A stretch of 20,873 nt of DNA from Nitrospinota bacterium (lineage in GTDB: Bacteria; UBA8248), in NCBI GenBank assembly GCA_046581755.1, contig JAYGFR010000100.1:1-20873 (forward strand), in the 5' to 3' direction. A model generated the notes under the pieces. That model was not told the DNA's origin. It ran no database searches and saw only the letters and a list, made by a program, of their open reading frames with translations. The translations under genes were made by a program, and so were the position numbers. Of the stretch, positions 1 to 8,606 are shown one piece after another; positions within the stretch are counted from its first letter, which is position 1; each line of letters begins with the position of its first letter.

Positions 1-108
1 TTTGGCGAATCAGAAAACACAAGTCTACCGGAATTATGCGGCAACAACGACTTTTCACAAAATCCGGTTCTGCCGCCTTCTCAGGAGCCCCTTTACCGGG
101 GAGAGCGC

Positions 109-1842
109 TCAGCCCCCGCCCGCGGGGCGCCGTGCAAGGGGAGCCTCATCTTTTCGCCGAAGCGCAAAAATTTCGCCCGTTATGGGCATATTGTGTTCGG
201 TCCTCAAAATTACCTCATCGGATATTTCCACAGAGAAACCGTGGGCCGCGGCCATTCTTTTGATGTATGCAGCAGAGTGCGCGAACCGCGCCGACGGGCG
301 GAGGATATAGCTGTCTCCCTCGGCGTGCTCGGTCGAGAAGGCGAAAATGCCCTCCCCGCGCAGCGTATCCCGGCACCCGGCGAATACCTGGTCGAGATTT
401 CCCACATATACGAACACATCCGATGCGAGGATGAGGTCGAAAGCGCCTTTTTCCCCGCGCAACGACTCAGTGATATCGCCAACGATGAGATCCTCGTAGA
501 TGCCCCGCTCCCGGGCTTTTTCGATCATGCGCGGCGAGAGATCCACGCCGATCAAGGCGGAGGCCATGTCCCGAAAATGGGGTCCGCATAATCCTGTGCC
601 GCAGCCCAGGTCGAGAATCCGCAAGCCCTCTTTTCCGCCCGCCAGACGCCCCACAGCATCCCGAAGCATCTGGGGTCCTTTAAATTGAAGAATTTCGGTT
701 AGATGCCGGTCAAACCGTCCGGCGCACTTATCGAACAGTTTGGACACGTACTGATCGGGAGCGGCATCGGGGAGCCCGCCAATGCATGCCGCCAACAGAT
801 GCCGTATCTCGGCGTCGCCGGGCTGAATTTGCAGGGACGCCCGGTAGCACTCCGCCGCCTCATCGTATTTTCCCTGCCCATGCATGACCACTCCGATGAT
901 ATTGTGCGCGTCGGCATTGTTTGGATCAATTTCAAGCGCCCGGCGGCACAGGTCAATCGCCTCATCGAATCGATTCTGATCGTTGAAGTGAATCCCGAGG
1001 TTGGTGTGCGCTTCCGCATTATGGGGTTCAATTTCGATGGCCCGTTGGAAGGAGACAGTTGCCGCACCCCAATCGCCCTTTCCTTTGAGGGAGATTCCAA
1101 GATTGTTGTGAACGGCGGCGTTGTTGGGTTCGATCTCGATGGCCCGTTCGTAGGAGGCGATCGCCCCACTCCAATTGCCCTGTCTTTTGAGGGAACTTCC
1201 GAGATTGCTATGAACGTCGGCATGGTTCGGGTCAATTTCAAGCGCCCGGCGGCAAAGGGCAATCGCTTCATCGATTTTTCCTTGAATCGTCAACACGCCC
1301 GCCAGGTTGCTCAGCGCCTCGAGCCCGTCCGGATTCAGGGCCAGGGAATTATTCAGGGCTGCGGCGGCCTCGTCCAGCCTTCCTCCAGCCTGATGAACCA
1401 GGCCCAGGTTGGTGTGGTAATGGGGGGCTGCGGGGTTTTGCTCGACGGCCCGGGAGATGAGAGAGAGGGCCTCTTCCAAGTCTTGTTTCTGGAAAGCGAT
1501 GACGCCGAGAAAATGAAGCGCATCAGCATGGGCGGGATCGAAATCTAATATTCGCCGGTAGAGTGGTCCCGCCCGATCCATCTGACCCGCTTGATGGAGC
1601 TGGATGGCCTCCTCAAATAGCCTGGAAACATCGGCCGGGTCCCCGGGTTCCGCCATCCGGATTTTATCCGGGGCCTGCTCCCCCTTGAGGATTTCGGCGC
1701 AGGCGCATTTCGCTCCGGCAAGGTCCCCTTCCCGGAGTTTGTTTCCGGCCGATACCAGGGAGGTTCCGGTGCTGGGAGCCATTTGAGAAGAGGGCGCCTT
1801 TTGCCGCCTCTCGCGTATGGCCCGGTTTTTCCCCTTTGCCAA
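109..1842 (-). CDS. TPR-repeat protein with C-terminal class I SAM-dependent methyltransferase domain
   Basis: About 8 TPR repeats (e.g. AIALCRRALEIDPNHADVHSNLG) are followed by LFDxxAxxFDxHL, ILDLGCGTGL, GVDLSPRM, FDLILASDVFVYVG and RFAHS. The start is placed at TTG 1842 because GAGGAG lies 7 nt upstream; the ORF track extends to 1899. Confidence 0.85.
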   Translation of the reverse strand: MAKGKNRAIRERRQKAPSSQMAPSTGTSLVSAGNKLREGDLAGAKCACAEILKGEQAPDKIRMAEPGDPADVSRLFEEAIQLHQAGQMDRAGPLYRRILDFDPAHADALHFLGVIAFQKQDLEEALSLISRAVEQNPAAPHYHTNLGLVHQAGGRLDEAAAALNNSLALNPDGLEALSNLAGVLTIQGKIDEAIALCRRALEIDPNHADVHSNLGSSLKRQGNWSGAIASYERAIEIEPNNAAVHNNLGISLKGKGDWGAATVSFQRAIEIEPHNAEAHTNLGIHFNDQNRFDEAIDLCRRALEIDPNNADAHNIIGVVMHGQGKYDEAAECYRASLQIQPGDAEIRHLLAACIGGLPDAAPDQYVSKLFDKCAGRFDRHLTEILQFKGPQMLRDAVGRLAGGKEGLRILDLGCGTGLCGPHFRDMASALIGVDLSPRMIEKARERGIYEDLIVGDITESLRGEKGAFDLILASDVFVYVGNLDQVFAGCRDTLRGEGIFAFSTEHAEGDSYILRPSARFAHSAAYIKRMAAAHGFSVEISDEVILRTEHNMPITGEIFALRRKDEAPLARRPAGGG

Positions 1843-2060
1843 TTTGCCGCTCCTCAAGCGTCGGTGATGGCGGCCACCGGCTCCCCAATCTTTCCTCATG
1901 AATAGGGCCGGGCGCCAATCATCGCTCTCTCAATCCCGGAATGAGGCCATCGCCGGCGGCATGGGCCACTCCAGGCAGGCGCCACGAGATTCGCTCACAG
2001 GGGACATGATTTGGGGCCGAATTCACGCCTCCCCCCCATGGCGGGAAACCACCGGGCCGC

Positions 2061-2489
2061 TTACGATTCGGCGGCGTCAAGAATCCGAAATTGAATCGGA
2101 AGATCGTCGCTGACGATTTGGGCCGCCTTCCGGACATCGGGGTTAAACAGGAGCGGGCCCTTGAGATTGGCCGTCATCAGTTGGGGATCTTCGGGAATCG
2201 TTACAATGGCCAGGGCCTGGTAATTTTCCGGCGAATCGATCTCGAGCGAGGCGGCCAAATCCTCCGAAATATCGAAAACGATGTCCGGAACCAGCCATTT
2301 TGGCTCGATGACAACAAAGGCCAATTTTACATTATCGAGGGACTGAAGCCACTGGAAAGGCTTTTTTTCCTCATCTTCGATCAAAACGAAACGCTTGAGG
2401 TCCGGAAGGCCGATGAGGCCTTCGGGGAAATCGATTATTTCTTCGTCGGATACTTGTATTTTTCCGAAAAGAGACGTTTCAATCTCCAT
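2061..2489 (-). CDS. fliW: Flagellar assembly factor FliW (CsrA antagonist)
   Basis: MEIETSLFG, IIDFPEGLIGL, FQWLQS, LAFVVIEP and MTANLKGPLLFN are hallmark FliW motifs. The gene overlaps the csrA 3' end; ATG 2489 has GAGG upstream. Confidence 0.93.
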   Translation of the reverse strand: MEIETSLFGKIQVSDEEIIDFPEGLIGLPDLKRFVLIEDEEKKPFQWLQSLDNVKLAFVVIEPKWLVPDIVFDISEDLAASLEIDSPENYQALAIVTIPEDPQLMTANLKGPLLFNPDVRKAAQIVSDDLPIQFRILDAAES

Positions 2490-2736
2490 CACCGCCTCTT
2501 CCAGAACGCATTCTGCTCCATAGGTCTGCCGCATTTTTCAGCTCCTGGGCGTCCACCCGAGAGGCCCGGTTGTTTTCTTCTTGAATCTTGTCGAATATTT
2601 CTCCGCGGTAGATTTTCGTATCGGCGGGCGCATCCACACCGATACGGACCTGGCGTCCCTTAACGTCCACGACCACCACGCGGATTTTGTCTCCCACCAT
2701 GATGGTTTCGTCGACTTTACGGGTAAGAATAAGCAC
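2479..2736 (-). CDS. csrA: Carbon storage regulator CsrA (long-tailed, FliW-partner type)
   Basis: (M)LILTRKVDETIMVGDKIRVVVVDVKGRQVRIGVDAPADTKIYRGEIFDKIQEEN. GTG start at 2736 with GGAG upstream. Confidence 0.95.
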   Translation of the reverse strand: MLILTRKVDETIMVGDKIRVVVVDVKGRQVRIGVDAPADTKIYRGEIFDKIQEENNRASRVDAQELKNAADLWSRMRSGRGGDGD

Positions 2737-2862
2737 GAGCCAATTCTCCAGTGCCGGGCTGCGGTGATATTCGTCGATTCCCGAAGAAAACCTCCTGTCG
2801 GCCGAGAAACTACACAATGAAACCCATGCGCACAAGGCGCACCGTTTAAAAACATCTTCCCG

Positions 2863-5733
2863 CTACCGAATAAAATCCAACAAGCTGAGCTGAAGAATTT
2901 TCGCCGTCGAGGCAAACGCGGCTTCAAGCGTCGTTTGAAATACCGAAAACTCCGTAATGGCCTGGGTGAAATCCGTATCCTCTTCTTTGGACAGAATTTC
3001 TGCGAAGGCCAGGATCACCTCCTCGTTCCGGGCGCTGATCCTCTCGAACTGACGGACCACCTCGCCCACGATCACCTGCTGCAGGCCAATTCGGTCGAGG
3101 GTGGCTGTGAATTCATCCAACGTCTTCTGGATGGTATCCCCATCATTCCGCAATAGCGCCTCCCCCAACACATCAAGGAGTCCGACCAGATTGTTCCCCC
3201 CCTGGAACCCCAGGTCGCGGACCGAGGAGCCCGTGATATCCGTCAGCAGCGCGCTTGAATTCCCATCCCTCGAAGCGAGCTTCAGGTTTTTTCCATCCGC
3301 GCTGATCGTGGCCTCCGCATTCGCGGTAGTATTTTCCGAAATGGCTTTTAAAATGTCGCTCACAACGATTTTCGAGCCAAGGTCCAGATCGATTTCCGCG
3401 GCTCTCACCTTCACCGTTCCCAGCCGAACGCCCGCTCCGTCCCTGAGCGCCGATACCGCCGTTTCGGCGGATACTTTCGGGTCCATATCCCGGCCCGTTA
3501 TATTCCCCGGAATATTCGCATCGATTCCAAGATCAAACGCCGTGGTCGTGCCCCCCACATCCTTGACGATGAGGTTGGACACGATGGGAGAATTCGAATC
3601 CGTCAGGATCAGCCTTTTCCCGTCGGCCCCGATCGTCACCTTTACACCCGTGACCGCCGCCTCGATTTTCGTGATGACATCGGTGATATCGGCTGCCGTG
3701 GAGAGATCGACCGTAAACGTCGCCCCGGCCCGGTTCGTGATTAATATCGAGCCGGACCTAACGCCTTTTCCGCCATTCAGGTCCGTGAGGCGGGTGGATT
3801 TCGACGCGACGAGCGTTGCCCCGTTCAGGTTGAGCGTGACAAGAATGTCCTGGGCCCCGTCGGGGGTCAGAGCGATCGAGGAACCCGCACCCACGCTGGG
3901 CGAAGTGACCGTGAAGCTGTCCTTGAACGACCCGTTGTAATCGACCTTCGCCCCGGTGAGGTTCGTGTCCGATGTGACCGAGGTGCTGAAGGGGGATGTC
4001 GCCGAAAAGCCCAAAAGAGAAGCCAGGTCGCTCTTTGTCACATCCACGCCCACCGAAACGGCCGGGTTGTCTTTTGTGATCGTAAATTTATCCGTCGCGG
4101 CGGTGTAAACCACCGTATACCCTACGGCCGCACCCGCGGCGGTTGCGCCCTTCAGCGTGGTGGAGGCATTGATGAGGGTTTGCAGCTCCGAAGCGATGGC
4201 CGCGCCGGTTCTCGTCCCCGCCACGATGGTGAATGTCTCCGAGCGAGCTCCGCCGTCTTCGAGGATCGTGATGGTGTTATTGGTGGCCGGAATTTGCTTC
4301 ACGTTATTGTTGATGGTGAGTTCGATATTGGAGGCCAGGGATTCGCCCGTGAACACCCCAGGGCCGATGGTGATGACCGTGCTGCCTCCGCCGTCCACCG
4401 CGACGGAAAATCTGTCGTTGGCCCCGGCAAGGACGTTGAACGCCACTGCCGTTGAAGAGGTGGACGATTTCCCCTGGAGAGAGTCCGCCGAGAAACCAAA
4501 TGCACTGGCGGCGGTGCTGGCGGCAGCCGTCCCCACGCTCAAAACCTGAAAGTCGGTCGCGCCGGTCCCGGACCGGGTGAATTTAAACTGGTCGGCCGCG
4601 CTGTCGTAGGTGACTTTGGTTCCGGTGAGCGCCTCGTCCGTTACCGTGGAGAGCGATGGAGTCGAGGGCTCCTTCGTGAAGCCCATCAGCGTCCCCAGCG
4701 CCCCGTCGGTGGAGGCCACGCCCACTCTGACGGAGATCGATTCCGTCCCGCCCGTAATGGTGAACTCATCCGTCGCGACATTGTAGGTCACAGCATATCC
4801 AGTCCCGCCCGCGGCGGTTGCGCCCCTCAGCGCAGTGGATGCGTTAATTGCCGTTGCAAGCTCGGTGGCAAGAACGGCCCCCGTTTTGACTCCCACTCCC
4901 ACGTTAATTGTGTCGGTTGCTTTTCCGCCTTCCTCGATAATGGATATTGAGCTGTTGGTGGAGGTCACAACCTTGATAGTGTTGTTGATTTTAAGTTCGG
5001 CCTCGGCGGCGAGCGCCGCGCCACTACGCGTACCCGCCGCAATCGTGACGGTGGTGTCCGTCACCACGGGCTGCTGACCCCGGATGACGAGCTGATTGTT
5101 CGTTCCGTCTATGCGGAATTCATCCGTCACCGGCGCCGTGCCCTTGATGAAAGCGGAGGTTTGAAAAATATCCGGGTCGAGGTCCGTGGACAAAAAGCTC
5201 GAACCGGCGACGTTGATGGCGTTCGCTTGGCCGATCCCCACATTCACGTTGACCTTGCCCTGATTGCCCTGATATTCCCCGCTGCTGTTATAGGCGGCGG
5301 TGGCTATATCGGTGCCCGAGAAGATAAAGCGCTCCCCGACCTGGGTATTCGCCAGTTGGATGATGCTATCGCGAATACTCGATATCTGCACGGCCCCGCC
5401 GGCCCGGGTAACGGAGTCCGCAGGGGCCCCGGCCTCTTGAAGACCGATAACCCGCGCCTGGACGACCAGGTCGCGGATCTGCTGGAGGGTCTGATCGGTG
5501 ACGTTGGAAAAGGCGGTGCTTCGCGTAATATTTCGGGTGAACTGGTTGCTGTCGGCAATGATTCGGCGGAGGTTCAGGATTTTCGAGAAGCTGCCCGGAT
5601 CGTCCGATGCCTTCCGGACGCGCTTTCCGGTGACGATATCCTCCTGAACCTCCAGGACACGCCTCTGGGTCGTACGGATGGCGCTTTGGGCAATCCGGAA
5701 GCGCTGCGCCGTCGTGATTTTCGTATTGCCCAT
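2863..5733 (-). CDS. flgL: Flagellar hook-associated protein 3 FlgL, unusually long (956 aa)
   Basis: Flagellin-like N-terminus (TGKRVRKASDDP; LANTQVGERFIFSGT; YQGN) and C-terminus (EDTDFTQAITEF...QLSLLDFIR). Lies directly downstream of flgK. Confidence 0.9.
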   Translation of the reverse strand: MGNTKITTAQRFRIAQSAIRTTQRRVLEVQEDIVTGKRVRKASDDPGSFSKILNLRRIIADSNQFTRNITRSTAFSNVTDQTLQQIRDLVVQARVIGLQEAGAPADSVTRAGGAVQISSIRDSIIQLANTQVGERFIFSGTDIATAAYNSSGEYQGNQGKVNVNVGIGQANAINVAGSSFLSTDLDPDIFQTSAFIKGTAPVTDEFRIDGTNNQLVIRGQQPVVTDTTVTIAAGTRSGAALAAEAELKINNTIKVVTSTNSSISIIEEGGKATDTINVGVGVKTGAVLATELATAINASTALRGATAAGGTGYAVTYNVATDEFTITGGTESISVRVGVASTDGALGTLMGFTKEPSTPSLSTVTDEALTGTKVTYDSAADQFKFTRSGTGATDFQVLSVGTAAASTAASAFGFSADSLQGKSSTSSTAVAFNVLAGANDRFSVAVDGGGSTVITIGPGVFTGESLASNIELTINNNVKQIPATNNTITILEDGGARSETFTIVAGTRTGAAIASELQTLINASTTLKGATAAGAAVGYTVVYTAATDKFTITKDNPAVSVGVDVTKSDLASLLGFSATSPFSTSVTSDTNLTGAKVDYNGSFKDSFTVTSPSVGAGSSIALTPDGAQDILVTLNLNGATLVASKSTRLTDLNGGKGVRSGSILITNRAGATFTVDLSTAADITDVITKIEAAVTGVKVTIGADGKRLILTDSNSPIVSNLIVKDVGGTTTAFDLGIDANIPGNITGRDMDPKVSAETAVSALRDGAGVRLGTVKVRAAEIDLDLGSKIVVSDILKAISENTTANAEATISADGKNLKLASRDGNSSALLTDITGSSVRDLGFQGGNNLVGLLDVLGEALLRNDGDTIQKTLDEFTATLDRIGLQQVIVGEVVRQFERISARNEEVILAFAEILSKEEDTDFTQAITEFSVFQTTLEAAFASTAKILQLSLLDFIR

Positions 5734-5759
5734 TTCCTACCGCTCCTCCAGACTCACCT

Positions 5760-7529
5760 TCATCTGATGATATCGATTACCTGCTGCAAAAGGTCGGTAA
5801 TCGTGGAAATTACCTTCGCGCTCGCCGCGAAGTTTTGCTGAAACAGGATGATGGTCACCATCTCTTCGTCGATCGATACGCCAGACACCTCCTCGCGGTT
5901 GGTATTCAGGGCGTCTTTTACCTGGCTGGTGACTTCCTGGCGGTCGGTAATGTTTCTGCTCAGAGAGCCAAAATTTGAAATAATTCCGTTCATGAAATCG
6001 CTGATCGTCGCCGTATTCCGGCCCGCAACGACATCCCCCCGCAGGTTGGCGAGTTTCAGGACGTTGGCGTTGTCTCCCGGGGAGCCCGGTACGCCGGCCG
6101 TGGCGATTTTACTGATGTCGGCCGCAAGGAGGTTGTTGAAGGCGAATTTCTTGGCGGCCCCCGTGCGGACGGAAACGGTGAAAGAATCCCCTGTTTGGGG
6201 GTCGCCGCTGAATTTTTGAACGACGATCCGGATTCCCTCGAATTCGGCCGTCACCGATCCGCCGGTAAAATTAAACGTGGTGACCGCCGGGTCCGTTCCC
6301 AGGGGACCTCCGTCAATCGACACCTGGGTGGCATTGAGCTTCTGGTTCGTGTCCGTGTCGGTGATGGTAAAGGTTGTCGAGGACGTAAATTCGAGTTTGT
6401 AATCCGCCATCGTGAGCGCCGTTGCGTCGAATATTTTTGAATTCGACAATACGGACTGTACATTGGGGTTGCCCGTCGCCACGTCCTTGCTGTTTGAACT
6501 GCCCCCCTTGAGGCTGACCTTAAGGGGCTGGAAAAAGTCCAGGTTGGTACTTCCGTCCAGGCCGAAACCCTGTTTATGGATGATGTTGACTTCGTTGACG
6601 ATGGTCGCCGCGATGGTGTTGATGTCGTCGAGGAGATTTTTCAGCGTCGTATCCCGGAATTCGAGCAATCCCCCGATTTTGCCGTTCGTAATCCGCGAAG
6701 AGATATCGATTCGCACATTACCCCGGTCTTCGAATAAAACGCGCTGAAGGGCAACCGGCGGCGTGTTCCCAACCACGTTGTTGGGGTTTTGCTCTCCAAC
6801 GAGTTTGTTGAATATTCTTTGTGAAACCAGGGGCGCACTTCTGCCGACGAAGATCAGCAATGAGCCGTTCGTCTCTTCAATAACGTTAACGTCCACTCGC
6901 TCGGAGAGATCCTCGAGAATTCGCCGGCGCTCGTCGCGAAGGTCGTTTTCGGTGTCTCCGCTGGCCTCGCCCACCAAAATATCGGAGTTTAACCGTGCGA
7001 TGCGCTCCGCAAACTGGTTCACCTCGTCGATGGCACGGGTGATATTCCGGTCGGCCCCGATCTGCAGGTCCTCGACCGCTTTGCCCAGGCGGTTGAACTT
7101 TTCCGCCAAAATTCCGGCCGCGTTGACCAAACCGTTTCGCTCGGCGGCGCCTTCGGGCGTGGTGCCTAAATCCTCGGCCGCCGCGAAGAATTTATTGATG
7201 GCGCCGGCGATTCCGCCCTCGGTTCCGGACTCGTTCAGGAAGGCTTCGGTGGCCAGGACTCCACTGGCCTGGGCGCTGAGGGAGCCGTCCTCGGATTTAA
7301 AGCGTGCTATTTGAGCGTTCAGGAACCGGTCCACTACCTGGCGGACCGTTTCGAGACGCACGCCGGTGCCAATAAATCCCGTCACCGGCGGATTATTGAC
7401 GAGGACGACCTCTTGACGCGAATAGCCCTCAACGCCGGCATTGGCGATATTATGGGCAACCGTCTGCAATGCCGCCTGGGTGACCAGGAGAGACTCTTTT
7501 CCGATGGTCAGTGCTGTCTGAAGTCCCAT
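5760..7529 (-). CDS. flgK: Flagellar hook-associated protein 1 FlgK
   Basis: AHNIANAGVEGYSRQ, GTGV, NDLRDER, GKIGGLLEFRD, and C-terminal VSGVSIDEEM...QQNFAASAKVI. Confidence 0.96.
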   Translation of the reverse strand: MGLQTALTIGKESLLVTQAALQTVAHNIANAGVEGYSRQEVVLVNNPPVTGFIGTGVRLETVRQVVDRFLNAQIARFKSEDGSLSAQASGVLATEAFLNESGTEGGIAGAINKFFAAAEDLGTTPEGAAERNGLVNAAGILAEKFNRLGKAVEDLQIGADRNITRAIDEVNQFAERIARLNSDILVGEASGDTENDLRDERRRILEDLSERVDVNVIEETNGSLLIFVGRSAPLVSQRIFNKLVGEQNPNNVVGNTPPVALQRVLFEDRGNVRIDISSRITNGKIGGLLEFRDTTLKNLLDDINTIAATIVNEVNIIHKQGFGLDGSTNLDFFQPLKVSLKGGSSNSKDVATGNPNVQSVLSNSKIFDATALTMADYKLEFTSSTTFTITDTDTNQKLNATQVSIDGGPLGTDPAVTTFNFTGGSVTAEFEGIRIVVQKFSGDPQTGDSFTVSVRTGAAKKFAFNNLLAADISKIATAGVPGSPGDNANVLKLANLRGDVVAGRNTATISDFMNGIISNFGSLSRNITDRQEVTSQVKDALNTNREEVSGVSIDEEMVTIILFQQNFAASAKVISTITDLLQQVIDIIR

Positions 7530-7550
7530 TTGCGCTTACCGCCTATGTCT

Positions 7551-8054
7551 CTAAACCGACTGAAAAATAAAATCGCCGCCCTGAACCCTTTTTTTGCCTA
7601 ACTTCCCCTCGATGCCGTACATCGCCGGATCGGCGAACGCCGACTGAACGGAGTCCATCACCCCGTTCATGACCGAAAGAAGTTCCCCGATAATTTGGCG
7701 GTTGATCTCGTTAACCTGCTTCACCCGATCGGTCGTCTCACGAAGGCGGCCGCGTACATTCATAAATCTTTTGGCCAGCGGAGGGGGGGTGTTCCGCACC
7801 AGGTCGATGAGGTGAAGGTTTTTGGTGTCCTGGCCCTGCTCGGAGGAGAGGACGGCCATCAGCCGGGTCCGCTCCTGCTCCAGGGCGCGGATGCGGTGGA
7901 CGACCTGGGCCTTCAAACCGATTTGCTCCTCGAAATTGGCGAACTTGGGGCGGCGCAGGACTTCCCTTTCCTTCAAGAGGATTCCCTCCAAATCCTCATA
8001 GGCCTCAAATTCTTTTTCGAGTACGTCGAGAAGATTCTCCGTATGATCATTCAT
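7551..8054 (-). CDS. flgN: Flagellar export chaperone FlgN
   Basis: Helical 167-aa protein with LE..R, N..N..(II) and a C-terminal YG..G motif; immediately upstream of flgK. Confidence 0.8.
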   Translation of the reverse strand: MNDHTENLLDVLEKEFEAYEDLEGILLKEREVLRRPKFANFEEQIGLKAQVVHRIRALEQERTRLMAVLSSEQGQDTKNLHLIDLVRNTPPPLAKRFMNVRGRLRETTDRVKQVNEINRQIIGELLSVMNGVMDSVQSAFADPAMYGIEGKLGKKRVQGGDFIFQSV

Positions 8055-8514
8055 AATATCCGCTCCCCGGTTGGGTCATCTCCGGACCGCCTGCCTCCGG
8101 TTTCCCGGCCGCATTTCGGGGTGGGGCGGAATCCTCCACTTTTCCCCCGTTGGGCACCAGGTTGGAGTAGCGCCTGGTCACGTCCTCCTTCCGGGTCAGT
8201 TGCTCATAAATGATCTTGGACATTCCGATGCCAGTTCCCTTCGAGACTTCCTTTGAAATCGCTTCGTCGAACATGCTTTCGAACCAATCCATGCTGAGGT
8301 TCTTCTCCATCAAGCCACTCTTGGGCACGCTCTTGCGCATTTCCTTCAAAAGCCGCTGAACGAACAAGGATTCGAAATCCTGGCTGAATTGCTTTATCTT
8401 GGCATCGTCGCCGCTCGCCTTTAGGGTCTCGATTTGTTTTGACAAGGAACCGGAATTTTGGAGGGTCATGGCCCGCAAGTGTTCGGGAGATACGTTGCCC
8501 AGATTTCCAATCAT
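8047..8514 (-). CDS. flgJ: Single-domain FlgJ (rod-binding/rod-cap domain, no muramidase)
   Basis: FESLFVQRLLKEMRKSVP...FESMFDE...GIGMSKIIYEQL. ATG 8514 with AGGAG upstream; lies after flgI. Confidence 0.88.
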   Translation of the reverse strand: MIGNLGNVSPEHLRAMTLQNSGSLSKQIETLKASGDDAKIKQFSQDFESLFVQRLLKEMRKSVPKSGLMEKNLSMDWFESMFDEAISKEVSKGTGIGMSKIIYEQLTRKEDVTRRYSNLVPNGGKVEDSAPPRNAAGKPEAGGPEMTQPGSGYYE

Positions 8515-8606
8515 TTCCCGCTCTCCTCGCCGGCCACAGCTTTTGCGAGTCAACCCGGGGCCGGCACTACAGCATGAACATTATGCGATCGGGCGCTCCG
8601 CGCGCC

